Below, piece after piece: positions 49,633 through 60,800 of a stretch of DNA of 64,000 nucleotides. Location of the stretch: assembly GCA_964199315.1 (NCBI GenBank), contig OZ116700.1:10106001-10170000 (forward strand). The letters are read 5' to 3'. Made by a program: the position numbers and the translations under genes. This DNA is from Orbicella franksi (lineage: Eukaryota). Position 1 is the first letter of the stretch. Each line of letters begins with the position of its first letter. The notes under the pieces were generated by a model, which made no database searches, was not told where the DNA came from, and saw only the letters and a program-made list of their open reading frames with translations.

Positions 49633-51404
49633 ATGCCGCTGAAAGTGAGTAGATGTAAGTTAGGTTAGTCACAGCTGTAGGTAAATAATGCCAAATGAGC
49701 TTGATCTAATTTTGTATACATAACTAAGTAAAGAAATTTCCCTTAAATTTGCTCAGAAAGCTTCTTACAGTAGTTCTATTGAATTTGCCGCAAATGATAA
49801 ATTTAGCAAAAAATGATCAATTTCTTCGTTTGCAAACTGACTCGTTTCAAGTCATTCATACCAATACTAACTTTGGCAAATCATTCACTGTCCAATAACT
49901 ATAGCTTGTTCTGTGGTGAAGTGATTTCGGAACGATTAATACTGAACTTAGTATTAGCAGTGATTATAAAGAATTCTTGACCACATCAATTTACATTTTT
50001 TTTACTGCGTTGAGCTAAAACCGCCTATGTCAGGACCGTTCTGTCTGTTATTTCTGCTTGCCTCACACAGACCACCCGCCGCGTGACAGATCAGAGTAAC
50101 CAGACCTGCCTGCCTATCCTGTACATCAAACTGTCATCAGTAATGGGATTTACCTGGATATTAGGCTTTATCGAACCATTCACGAAAGTCGAATTTCTTG
50201 CTTATCTCTTCGTCATTTTAAACAGTCTTCAAGGTAAGTTCTAGCACTGTGGTGAAAGAGGTCTACTGCATTAAACTGTATTTTTTAAATCAGTCTACTC
50301 AGATAATACTAAGATAGAGCATCTTTCATTTGAGCTTGCAAAGTAATTTATGTTCGTTTGCTTTTGTTCTGTACATCGTGCGATTAGCTTAAAAAAAGAT
50401 ACTCGCGCCACTTTGTTATCCAATCATCAGAAGTAAAACCAAAACCAATCTTAACTATAGAGTAGTTTAATTTTCATTGAGTTTCGCAAAGGAATTCGCT
50501 TTGCATTACTACTGTACCCAATAGAGGTTTTGCTCGGCAGCCATGTCGCATGGCAGGAACAATAGATTCTTTTTCCTTTGGGAAAAAATGTTCTTTCTAA
50601 TTCAAAACATTTTTATTGTTTCTGCAATGCAACGTGGCTGTTCTATAAAACCTCTATTGGCTTACAAAACTCGCGCCACTTTTTCATCCAATTAGAAGTA
50701 AAACCACAATCGTGACTTGTTCGCACACCTTTTCCCGCGCCTCGCGTCAGCTACATGTAATTACTTCGAGTTTTGATTGGTTGACTTGTCTGTGTCCTTT
50801 GTGATTGGCCAGAGTGATTACTTTGGTTTTGGGTTTACGACACTCAATTGAAAACCACTTTGTTCAGTGCTACACTCAATTGAAAACCACTCTACTGATG
50901 CTGGTTTTGACCTACATACCTACTGCTACTATAAATTACACAATAGACTTCATCGTCTCATCAAATGATTAATTATAGTGATTAATTATAGCTTTCATAA
51001 CTAAGTCCCATACAGCAAAATGACCATTATACAATGCAGCTACCTCATTGGCTAATAATTATTTCTTTATTAATTCATGTGTTCATTTATTTATTTATTT
51101 ATTTATTTATTTAGTTCGTTAATTGGTTAGTTAGTTATTTTTATTTCCTGTTTATGTATGAAAAAATATCTGTCCACAATAGGTAAGGAAACATATGAAA
51201 CTGTCCACTTTGCTAGTGTGTTTACTCGGATGAACATTTCTTTCAGGGTTCTTTATCTTCCTCGCTTTTGTGGCAAACAAAAGGACGTTGAACAAAGTGA
51301 GAGCTGGCTGGATGGCACGATTTCATCGATTGGGAAATACAGATACGGCCACACCCCAGTCCAGAGAGACCCGCCCCAGCGAGCTCGTCACGTCGACTTT
51401 GTAG
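43206..51404 (+). CDS. Secretin-class/adhesion-like 7TM receptor with somatomedin-B-like Cys-rich ectodomain, 7 exons, about 738 aa if repaired; frameshifted in exon 5 (pseudogene, null allele or assembly error)
   Basis: Exons 43206-43269 (signal MKLAFVALFLLLTDYMES), 45345-45588 (C.CD.LC..LGDCCFDY), 46792-48116 (YKNVFCASCN; TM1-3, LHYFLLSSFCWMGVMAFD), 48496-48630 (TM4), 49443-49569 (CWIS, TM5), 50071-50233 (IKLSSVMGFTWILG..LNSLQG) and 51247-51404. Exon 5 is 1 nt short of phase-compatible length, giving TGA at 49538-49540. Confidence 0.88.
44803..44990. repeat. Approximately 190-bp imperfect palindrome (foldback element)
   Basis: Arms of about 73 bp: aacaaattgacgtcagttt..cataacattgtcaaagt and actttgacaatgttatg..aagctgaagtcaatttgtt. 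Confidence 0.8.
45700..46077 (+). mobile_element. Two Penelope-like retroelement 3' remnants (C-terminal GIY-YIG endonuclease segments)
   Basis: About 45708-45851 reads KWDHFEILATGKSDLRCKIEETLLISDLKPSLNENIGSDEKLFL*. About 45960-46077 reads EEETIRKAREAFLIQKGRTIYPDGLNIRK. Both resemble PLE GIY-YIG C-termini and are followed by hammerhead motifs. Confidence 0.75.
46205..46250 (+). ncRNA. Minimal type I hammerhead ribozyme motif 1 (Penelope-associated)
   Basis: CTGAAGA (46212-46218) + extra A + stem II GGCTGG/CCAACC (one mismatch) + GAAA (46237-46240) + TATA palindromic stem III. Stem I is gtac/gtaa and partly decayed. Confidence 0.6.
46384..46435 (+). ncRNA. Minimal type I hammerhead ribozyme motif 2
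   Basis: CTGAAGA (46395-46401) + extra T + perfect stem II GTATGTT/AACATAC + GAAA (46419-46422) + TGTC with a GUC cleavage triplet. Stem I is interrupted: tattgtcctt against aaactaata. Confidence 0.65.
46504..46540 (+). ncRNA. Minimal type I hammerhead ribozyme motif 3 with U3-A8 core variant
   Basis: TTGAAAA (46507-46513) + extra T + perfect stem II GATCTC/GAGATC + GAAA (46530-46533) + CGTC (ACGT palindrome, GUC triplet). Stem I is aac/gtt. Confidence 0.6.
50518..50660. mobile_element. MITE nested in another interspersed repeat
   Basis: 14-bp TIR ccaatagaggtttt ... aaaacctctattgg. The surrounding sequence ctcgcgccacttt..atccaat..agaagtaaaacca is repeated at about 50400 and 50670. Confidence 0.65.
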
Positions 51405-52639
51405 TTTATTTGTGACAATTGAGTTTTGCACGTTTGTAAATTTAACGGCGTCGAAAGGAAAAATTGTTGGTAACGTTCCCTAAAATTTAACTGAGAACAA
51501 TTTGGCGTAAACTCGATTTTCCAATGGCAAGTTAATGCTAAGCTCGGAGCAGTTGAATAAGAAAAGAATGAGATTTTGAGGCCGTTTTTGAACGCCCCAG
51601 ACAAAAATAATAATATGCTTATTCAAACCTCTCGCAGTACATAAGTAAGTACTGGATTACAGGTTTGGTCAGCAGTAAATAATACCAATAATTATACTTC
51701 AATATAAATATGAAAGTCACGGATGTCAAGCAGTAGTGTCACAACCGAGGCACACTTGTTTGTGACGAAGTCACCAAACCTATTGGCGGCACGGACAGTT
51801 AATTAAATTGCTAGGTCTCAAAGAAAAAGAAAAAAGAAAAAAAAAAAAAAAAACAGTCATGCGGAAGATTTGTGAAAGCTGTGACTGAATTTTTTGAGGT
51901 TAGAAAATCATTTATAAATAGCTAGGTTACCATGGTAATACAAAATAATCTCGTCCAAATTGTTAAAAGAATTACCACCAAAATGTTTTTTCAGGATTTC
52001 GGATCTCACGCACATAGAGATGTGTTTAGTCTGTCTTTTTAAGCTACATGCAACCGCTAACAGAATTGTAGAGGCTCTGCTACAAGAATTATGTTCTTCC
52101 TAAAAAAAAGGCATCGTCATGTACTCGTTTTGTAATGATTCTCTCGTCAGTAGGGTTGTTAGTTCAGTTACCGATTGCGAATGGATATTTACATGAAGAA
52201 AGACCAGAATACCTCTAATGAAAAGACAAACAATTGATATTTTACTGAACGAAGAGTAACCATTTGCAGTCTCAAACCAGTGTAGGTATAGCTGAGATCC
52301 TTCAATTTACATAATTTTACCTTAAGCTAGAACTTGCGCTGATTATCAATTAAATCTCTGTTGCTATTCGTTTCATTTGCTTTTTGTTTTGTTAGTGGTG
52401 CGCATGCGTTCAGACTGAAAAATCAGGCGTACACATGCTAGATGATCATGACGTCATTCTTGTGACCAAATATCCTCGCTAGACTGAAATAGAGAATTTT
52501 ACCATTGATTGTACGTAAATTTTGTCTGATCCAAACTGAGCTCTCAGTATGACATAAATTGCTTCTCCGAGAATAAAGAAAGAAGACGAAAACGTCTTAA
52601 TGAATGAACCAACGCGAGATCATATGAATCAATAAATAG

Positions 52640-52770
52640 ATGGATGTCTCCACCCACCAACCAGCCATCACACCCACCCACCATAAACCAACCTGCCAAA
52701 CCACCCACCCACACAACAACCAACCAGACCCAGTTAAGACCCAGACCCAGCCCACCATTCGATTTTCTCG
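52640..52770 (+). repeat. Degenerate (CCAN)n low-complexity tract
   Basis: A run of ccac/ccaa/ccag units. Confidence 0.75.
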
Positions 52771-53735
52771 GGTAGGTTTGACAACGATAACTGAAATAGC
52801 TGTAAACGAAACAAGAAAAATCACTAACTCGAATTAACCTGGTTTCTCTTTCAGACTGTAATGTCTGCAAAATGTGATAAGCGCGCGCCATTACTTAATC
52901 GCTAGCTAAATGGGGTTCAGCCAAGACTATCCGTCAAAAAGACCTCGCGGTTGGGTATGGGGCGGGGATGGCATTGTATAAGTAATCTAATGCAGTGGCA
53001 TTGTCAAGTGAACACTTGCGCATTAAGCTCTTCCTCTTTTCAGTATACACCTTTACAGCTTTTCAACTTCTAATCAAACTAGCACTCAATTCTTGCTCTG
53101 TGCCTTGCTAGAGCTTGGAGGGTAGCTTTCCTCAAAGCACTAGCCAGTTTCAGAGGATTTCTTTAGAGAAGTTGCTGTGTAGTATTCTTAAAGTTCTATT
53201 TTATTAAGGTTTTGCATCATTTCCTTGCCCTTCCTTGTCTCCGTTGGCAGTTTTCTTGCAAATTACACCATATTAACATTAAGGTATATATTAATTAACT
53301 TTTCTCGCTTTCGACTTCCATTTCTCCAACCTACTTGTTGGGACCAAAGTTTACTACCCCTCTCATGGCTAATAAATGGTTCAGCAATCTTCCTAATCAT
53401 CTTAAGCCAGTTGTACCTCTCAACCAAAAGCCATAGGTTCAATATCGAGCGAGGAAATCACAATAATTTATTTCCTCATCTTAATCAGTCATTCCTGGTT
53501 GGCCTAAAACCCCCTTAAACAATCATGTCACTTTCAAAACACTGTCAAAACCCAAATTATTGAAAGAATTTTTTTTTTCGGAAATGCGTGTGCTTTTCAT
53601 CGTTCGTGAAATACAAAGAATGTCAAATTACTTCTTTGACATGAATTTGTGTTGGCAAACATAAATGTTGGCCAACATAAGTTGCATATGGTCAGGAAAC
53701 TTTCAAATGCGATTAACTTGTATGAAAAAGAACTA

Positions 53736-54337
53736 TACCGCAAACTGCTGCTTATAAGCCCTGCCGCTTATAAGGCCCATCTACCTGTAAACAAAATATC
53801 ACTTCCGATTATAAGCCCCACCCTTCAAGATATAAACCCTCCTCTATTTTAAAATGAAGGTATTCGATTTATTACGATGTTTTAAAAAACAATTAAAAAC
53901 CCGTACATGAAAAATGTATTTCAATCAACATTGCTGTAGCCAATTGCAAAACGTTTCTTAATTCCGATTATAAGCCCCCTGGATTTAAAGGTTCCTAGTC
54001 AGCCTCTCCCATTTTCGATGCCATCAAAATTATTGATATTGCATGGTGAAGCAAAATTGATATTGCATGGTGATTATTGATATTGCATGGTGAAGCGAAA
54101 TCTTATTGCTTTACCATAAGTTGTGTTCCTGAAAGTATGTTTAACTGTCTTCAGCAGCTTCACAGTGATTTCCTTCGTTTCGAGATGCTCCGAATAAAAT
54201 TTAATAGCCAAACTCTCCCAAACAAAAACAAAGGTGTGGCTGACTAGGATCCCGTTAAGCCCCTTCGTTTATTAGCCCTTTCAAAATCCCTCACAAAGTT
54301 TCATAAGCCCAGGGCTTTTAAGCTGCAGTTTACGGTA
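53736..54337. mobile_element. TACCG-ended non-autonomous DNA transposon
   Basis: TIR taccgcaaactgctgcttataagccc ... gggcttttaagctgcagtttacggta, with repeated ataagccc units and an internal tattgatattgcatggtga tandem. A similar-style fragment lies at about 39640-39747. Confidence 0.8.
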
Positions 54338-54888
54338 TCTTAACTTGTCAAAGGTTCTACAACAACACTGGCTCGCTTTGAAACAACTGCAGATAACTCA
54401 GCAGTGACTCGTCACAAAGTTGGAGCCAAATTAAGCCAGCTAAGTTATTGTTGACTTACTTTAAATTCAAATATGAAAACTTTTCTTGAACGCAGTACGA
54501 AAGTCTTTAAATCGTTGCTCGTCTCTCAAGTTTAAACCCTTAAGTTGGATAATTACATTCTCTTTAAATTTGCTTTAAACAGCTGACTGCTAGGAACCAC
54601 GCTATCCCTTCAGGTTGGATTGGGAGTCCGAAACGTGTACGTCACGCGCGTTAGCCACGCACCAAACTGAACTACTACCGGAAGCGAGATTTACTCTGTA
54701 GACGATACACTTGCTCTTTCCTTTAACGTATACCCTTATACCCATTTGTTTCTTTACAAGCTAAGATGGCAAGGCTACAAAATACAAAATACACTCCTTT
54801 TGTCCGGCCTACAAAATCAGCCAGTTGATTGCCAGGTATTACAGAATCGTTCCCTGAAACAACTAGCGAACAAAGCTTAGCAATACTT

Positions 54889-57800
54889 CTAAAATTCATC
54901 GTGTAGATATCCAACATAGTTAGCCATGGTGCTCCCAGTAAAAAGCTGGTAGTTCATAAGCATTTCTTTTTCTGACAAGTGGTCGTCACGATTTCTGTCC
55001 GCCATTGATATCAGATAGTTGCCTTCGTTAATCGCTCGCTGCTCGTGGGTTGGGTCCAAGTACTTGGTTAATTCGTCAACCGTCACTATACCGTCTCCGT
55101 TTTCATCCATGGATGTGAATTCTTTTTCACGTCTGAAAAAGATGAAAGTAGAAAACTTATAGGAGGGTCTCATTTCTCTTGTGAGTAATAGACATCTTAG
55201 AACTGAATTACCATTGCTTTTTTTTTTTTTTTTTAAACTTAAAAATAAATTCTCATTGTTTAAAAAGTTACAAATTTATTTTGATGACATTACTTGACGA
55301 AATTCATAAACAATAACATGACAGATGCATAAAAATCTGACGTCAATTTGCTAAATTGATAACAACTCCCCACCCCCCCCCCCCTCCCCACTCTACCGAA
55401 ACCCCTTACATCAAGAATTGTACCCCTCTCAGAAACATTGTAATCACCCTGGCTAACAGTTGACTAATAGAATGGTCAACATTCTTACATCTGCAGCATC
55501 TGTACAGCACAAGTTGCTTTGTCAGTAGAACTCAAACCAATAATATGTGAAAACTAAATGTGCATACATATATACATGTCTATATACATCCAAAATTTGT
55601 ATTAATAGCAAACATGTATGCTCAGCCACACACACACACACATCATATTCTAAGCAGGTTGCATCACTGCAACAGTTGTTAGCAAAAGTTATCCCTAACC
55701 AAGAACAGCTGGCGACAGTCAATGGAGGGGGAGATGATGGAAGCAGGCTTCGACTAGCAACAGTTAAAGAGACATTCCTAAAGGACCTGCATGTGCATGC
55801 CCCCCACGGGGTGAAAGGGTTTAAGTCAAGTAAGTCAGGAACAAATACATGAAGGAAACCTACTCTTGAATGTATTCATTGTCCTGCTCTGCATCTTCCT
55901 GTGTATCCACTTCCCCTGGAGGTAAGTGAACAAACTCTTCCTTTGTGAGTACCTGTGTGTAGGATTTACAACAGAGTTGAAAGGCTCTTCATTATACAGT
56001 CGAAGCTCTCCTTGTGACCACTCGCATAAGCAACAAGCTCTAGTGACCACCTCTTTTTCAAAGTTTCTGAGGGGGTCGCTTACGAGAGTATTTAGATATG
56101 GGGTTATTTTGGTGTAAAAAACTGAACGTAAAGTTAGGCCATGTATATCAGATAGAAAGACACTCATTACACATAAATTTCTTTTGTTTTTTCCCCATGA
56201 ATTATTAATGAGTTTCTGAAGCTCTCGTAAACGACCACCCTCTATTATTTTACAATGCAGTCGCTTGTGAGCAACCAGCTCTAGTCACAATCTTTTTTTC
56301 GAATTTCTGAGGAGATCGCTTACAAGAGCTTTGACTGTCTAGTAGACTGTTACCTTGAAATGCTTACAAATACCCATTTAGCTACAAAGCCAACACTGTA
56401 CAACATACAACATACAACATATACATGTACAATGTAGCCAAGCCAGCCACACAGTATCTATGCACACATACATGTATATGAGAAGCAGTGAAAACATTTT
56501 TGGATCTAACTGCCAAATTCTCGGTGGGCTGAATTCATGCAAGTTGGATTACAGGTTTCCCACTAGTATACAGTCATGTAGGGTGCAAAGAAAATCATTT
56601 TGAATTCCACGTTGTCCTTTAAACTAGCATAATCAGTTGTTCAAAAGCTAAAATTAAAACTGAAATAATTTTATCTCTTACAATATGGCAATCCCCCCAC
56701 CAATGAGTTTTCTCACACTTTACTCCAAAAACATTCACTTGCCCACTAGGCAAGAATCCAGTTACCCGACCAGTCAGTCACCAGTCACCAGCCCTGGAAT
56801 ATTTGCAGGCTTCTAATAGTGATTCAGAGACCCAGAGTGATGTCTCACTGGTGTGTGGACTAAACTTTAGTTCCTCACTGTGACATGAAGCAACTAGTGC
56901 TACTGTTACTATACACTGTAGTGCTGTCAGTGGGATGTTATTCCTTCACCCTCTCCTCCCCTCTCTCGCTAACATTCCCACATCAGAAACTACATGTATA
57001 AAGGAAGTATGAAGCTGTAATTAAACAGAATTTCCAGTTTCTCCTTTTCACATTTGAAATTAACTTTTGTTGCAAACAACCTTCCTAGGGAGGGTATGGA
57101 TATTTTCTGGAACAACACAATGTGACAATTCATAAATGTAGGTGCGAAGTCCTACGTTGGGATGGAGAGACAGAGAGGGGCACGGTGATCAGTGAAGAAA
57201 AAGCTTCTCTTGTCCAAGAACACTACCTAACTACACGACCAGCGCTTTCCAATTTGAAATCAAACACAGTCATTAGGCCAAAGCACCTAGCAGTCTCTTT
57301 AACTAAATGACACCTGAACATAATACAAGATAATTTTTTTACCTTATCCTGGTTTTTGTCAAAATTTGAAATCATGTCTTCCACCAAATCCTTGATGCTC
57401 TGTGGATTGTGCTCAGGGTGTTCAAAGTACAGGAACTCTGTCTCCTCAAGTTTATCATCGAGATTCATGTCTCCTCTTCTAAACTTACTGTAATATTCTG
57501 AAATTAATTCCTCTGGATTGGCGATGTCATCTACAAATGGGTAAGAAAAAGGTCCAAGATTACTGCTCTGTAACTTTCCATGCATTTTATTAGCTTGGAT
57601 GATACATGTATATGGAACAGTGAGATCCAACAGTGAAACAATAATCATTCTGATAATTTTTCTTCAAGAGTTCCATCGATTTTGGGATGACAAAAGGATA
57701 TTCACCAAATTTTCACAAGCTACATTTACATGTAAACCAGGTCTATGTTAGTTTTGGGACGTATTAATAAATTACAGACTCATTCACAAACCCCTTAACT

Positions 57801-60800
57801 TTTTTAATAATATTGCATGCCCTTCTCCCTTGAGAGCAACCAAGAATACAACAAGGTAGTCCAGTTGTTTACACACACAATTAAATAGCCAATCTTTTTT
57901 GTTTCATCTGTGATAGCCCTTTGCCTTTTACAGTGCAGGAAAGTAATGCTTGCCTACTCACCAATGCAAGTGTGAAATGCATCGGGCAAGTACAAATCAT
58001 TGATCATTCGCCTGTTTGGCGAGCATGATTTTCTTTTTTGGGAAATTGTAAAACATATGGTTTGTGAATCATTGGGAGATTTTTTTGGAGAGGGGAGGCA
58101 TTTTCTGGGTAAGTGAAATTACACTGGGCGACTGCATTTTGAGAGTTGCTCACCTGAATGGCGAGTGCTGTCAAAATTTAGTTTCCAACACTGCTTTTAG
58201 AGCAATTGGTTGATCATTTACGAAATATCAAGCCCTTGCATTTGGAAAGAAATTTTACCCTGGAACACCAAGTTAAAAAAATGAACTTTGCAACTTTGTC
58301 AACTAGATAATGGTCAAACAATATCATGTAGCATGCATGAATGATTTCAAGAGTTCAGACGATTTCTGTATTTTGTTTCTCCTTTCCATCATTTTTAAAT
58401 GAAAATTAATCAAATTACAATGCTTTGCACATGCTCCTGAAGAGGAAACTAGTGCCAACTGAAACAGATATCACTTTTGAAAAATTATCCATTCACTAGG
58501 AGTTCTTGATTTCTGGTGTGGTTGTTCTGAGTTTGAGCCAGATGATCATTCCGTGCTCGTTGGTTAATAAAGCAAGTAAAAATTGTCAATGCCCATGTTT
58601 TCACGAGAGATGTCTACCTTGGTTTTGTTTTAACTTTACTGAAGTGAAATTTTTAATCATGTAAACACAGTAGCAAACCTCGGTAAATGGCAGCAAAATC
58701 AAAAGTAAGCCAACCTAGGTTTGTTGACAGTTGAACGCCTCATCAGGCATGGTATAACTCAGAGACCAACGGTAACCGAGGAAAAGCCAGCTGAAAAGCA
58801 GACATTGTCGCAATATCTTGGCACTAAGTGTTCACGCGAGCAGCACGTACCGTAAAGAGGAGAAAAATAGACAAAGATTCCTCTTAATGTAAGTAGGTTT
58901 CAAGTCAACCGGCAAAAAATGCTTAATAAACTCAGGTTTAGGCAAAACCTGAAAAAACCTGAAAGAGCCATCAGTGAAGAATGCCTTCATCTCTCAACTC
59001 AGAAATTGATTTCAATCCTTGGCGGTTCTGTCTGATGAGCCCGAACCTGATGAAGTCAACAATATATGGAAGCAAGTGTCATTCACTTTGACAGAGAGCA
59101 GCAAGGCATGTCTAGGTTTTAAGAAGGCAGTAAAGAAGAAGAAGTGGATAAAGCCAGCAACCTTAAGGTTGCTAGAACGCTATAAGATCCAGTACAGAGA
59201 GGCTGACCAAAGTGTTAAGAGAATGGCAAGAGCCGACAAATGCGCATATATTGATGAACTTGCTAGGCAGGCAGAGAATGCAGCTAACAGAGGAGAGCAG
59301 GGAAAGGTTTACAAAATCACAAAACTGGTATGTGGCAAGTATGGGGGCAGAAAGGTAGCCCCTGTTAAGAATTTTCAGGGTAGACTGCTTACCACTGAAA
59401 GAGAGCAGGAGGCTTGTTGGGCAGAGCACTTTAAGGATGTCCTCAACACACCCCCACCCACAGTTGAAGCTGACATTCAAGAGGCTGAGACCGACCTGGA
59501 TGTGAACACAGATCCTCCAAACAAGCAGGAAATCATTGCAGCCATAAAAACCTTAAAAAAACAACAAAGCTTCTGGCCAAGACAACCTGAATGCAGAGCT
59601 TTTCAAGGCTGACCCTGAACTTTCAGCAAGGATTCTACAGCCCCTGTTTACTGCAGTGTGGGAGCAGGAGAGAGTGCCAGATGACTGGACCAAAGGTACC
59701 ATCATAAAGATCCACAAAAAAGGTCCACTAAGCGACTGCAATAACTGGCATGGCATCACCCTCCTATCCACCCCAAGTAAAATCCTGGCAAAGATTATCA
59801 TCCAACGAATCTCCAGTGCAGTAGATCAGCAGCTCAGGCAAGAACAGGCTGGATTCTGCAGGGGTAGGGGTTGTGCAGATCAGCTATTCACACTGCGTAA
59901 CATCATTGAGCAATGTACCGAATGGCAGAGGCAGCTGTACATAAGCTTTGTAGATTTCCAAAAGGCTTTCGACAGTATACACAGAGACAGCTTGTGGCAC
60001 ATACTTCGAGCCTATGGTGTTCCTCAGAAGATTGTCCAACTTATACAGAGCTTCTATGAAGCCTTCACTTGTAGCGTAGAGAACAGTGATATCAGTTTTG
60101 AGGTAAAGACTGGTGTCAGACAGGGTCTGCACATGTCTGCACTGCTATTCAACTTAGCCATTGATTGGGTGATGCGCCGCGCTATGGAAGACCATCGCAG
60201 GGGCATCAGGTGGACCCTCTTCTCCACCTTAGAGGATCTAGATTTTGCGGATGATTTAGCTCTGCTTTCTCACACCCACAGCCACATGCAAGAGAAGACC
60301 AGCCTTTTAAGTAAATATGCACACCAGGTGGGACCAAACATCAGCCTCACCAAAACAGAGGTCATGACCCTTAACATCTCTAACCCTCAGCCCATCAAGG
60401 TGAATGGAAAAGACCTCCCAATGACCGATCAGTTTAAATACTTGGGCAGCATCATCAGGCAAGATGGTGGTGCAGGCTTAGACATCCAGAGCCAGCTAAA
60501 CAAAGCCAGAAACACCTTCAGGATGCTGAACAATGTGTGGCAGTCGTCACAGTACAGTACACATACCAAGCTCAAGATCTATCAGAGCTGCGTTCTGTCT
60601 ACCCTTTTGTATGGGTCAGAATGTTGGCAAATGTTAGAAAGTGATCTGGGAAAGCTGTCAACCTTTCACACCAAAGGTCTGTGAAAAATACTTCGCACCT
60701 TCTGGCCTCAGACCATTTCCAACAAGGATCTGCTTTCGCAGTGCAAACAGGAGGACATGGGCACTATTTTTATGCAACGACGCTGGAGGTGGATTGGCCA

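Noticed and set aside
54130-54200. Minus-strand GAAA...CTGAAGA as a type II hammerhead
   Set aside because: Stems I and II cannot be formed around the core fragments.
59030-59060. CTGATGA motifs as hammerhead cores
   Set aside because: They lie in RTE coding sequence (SDEPEPDE), with no stem II followed by GAAA.
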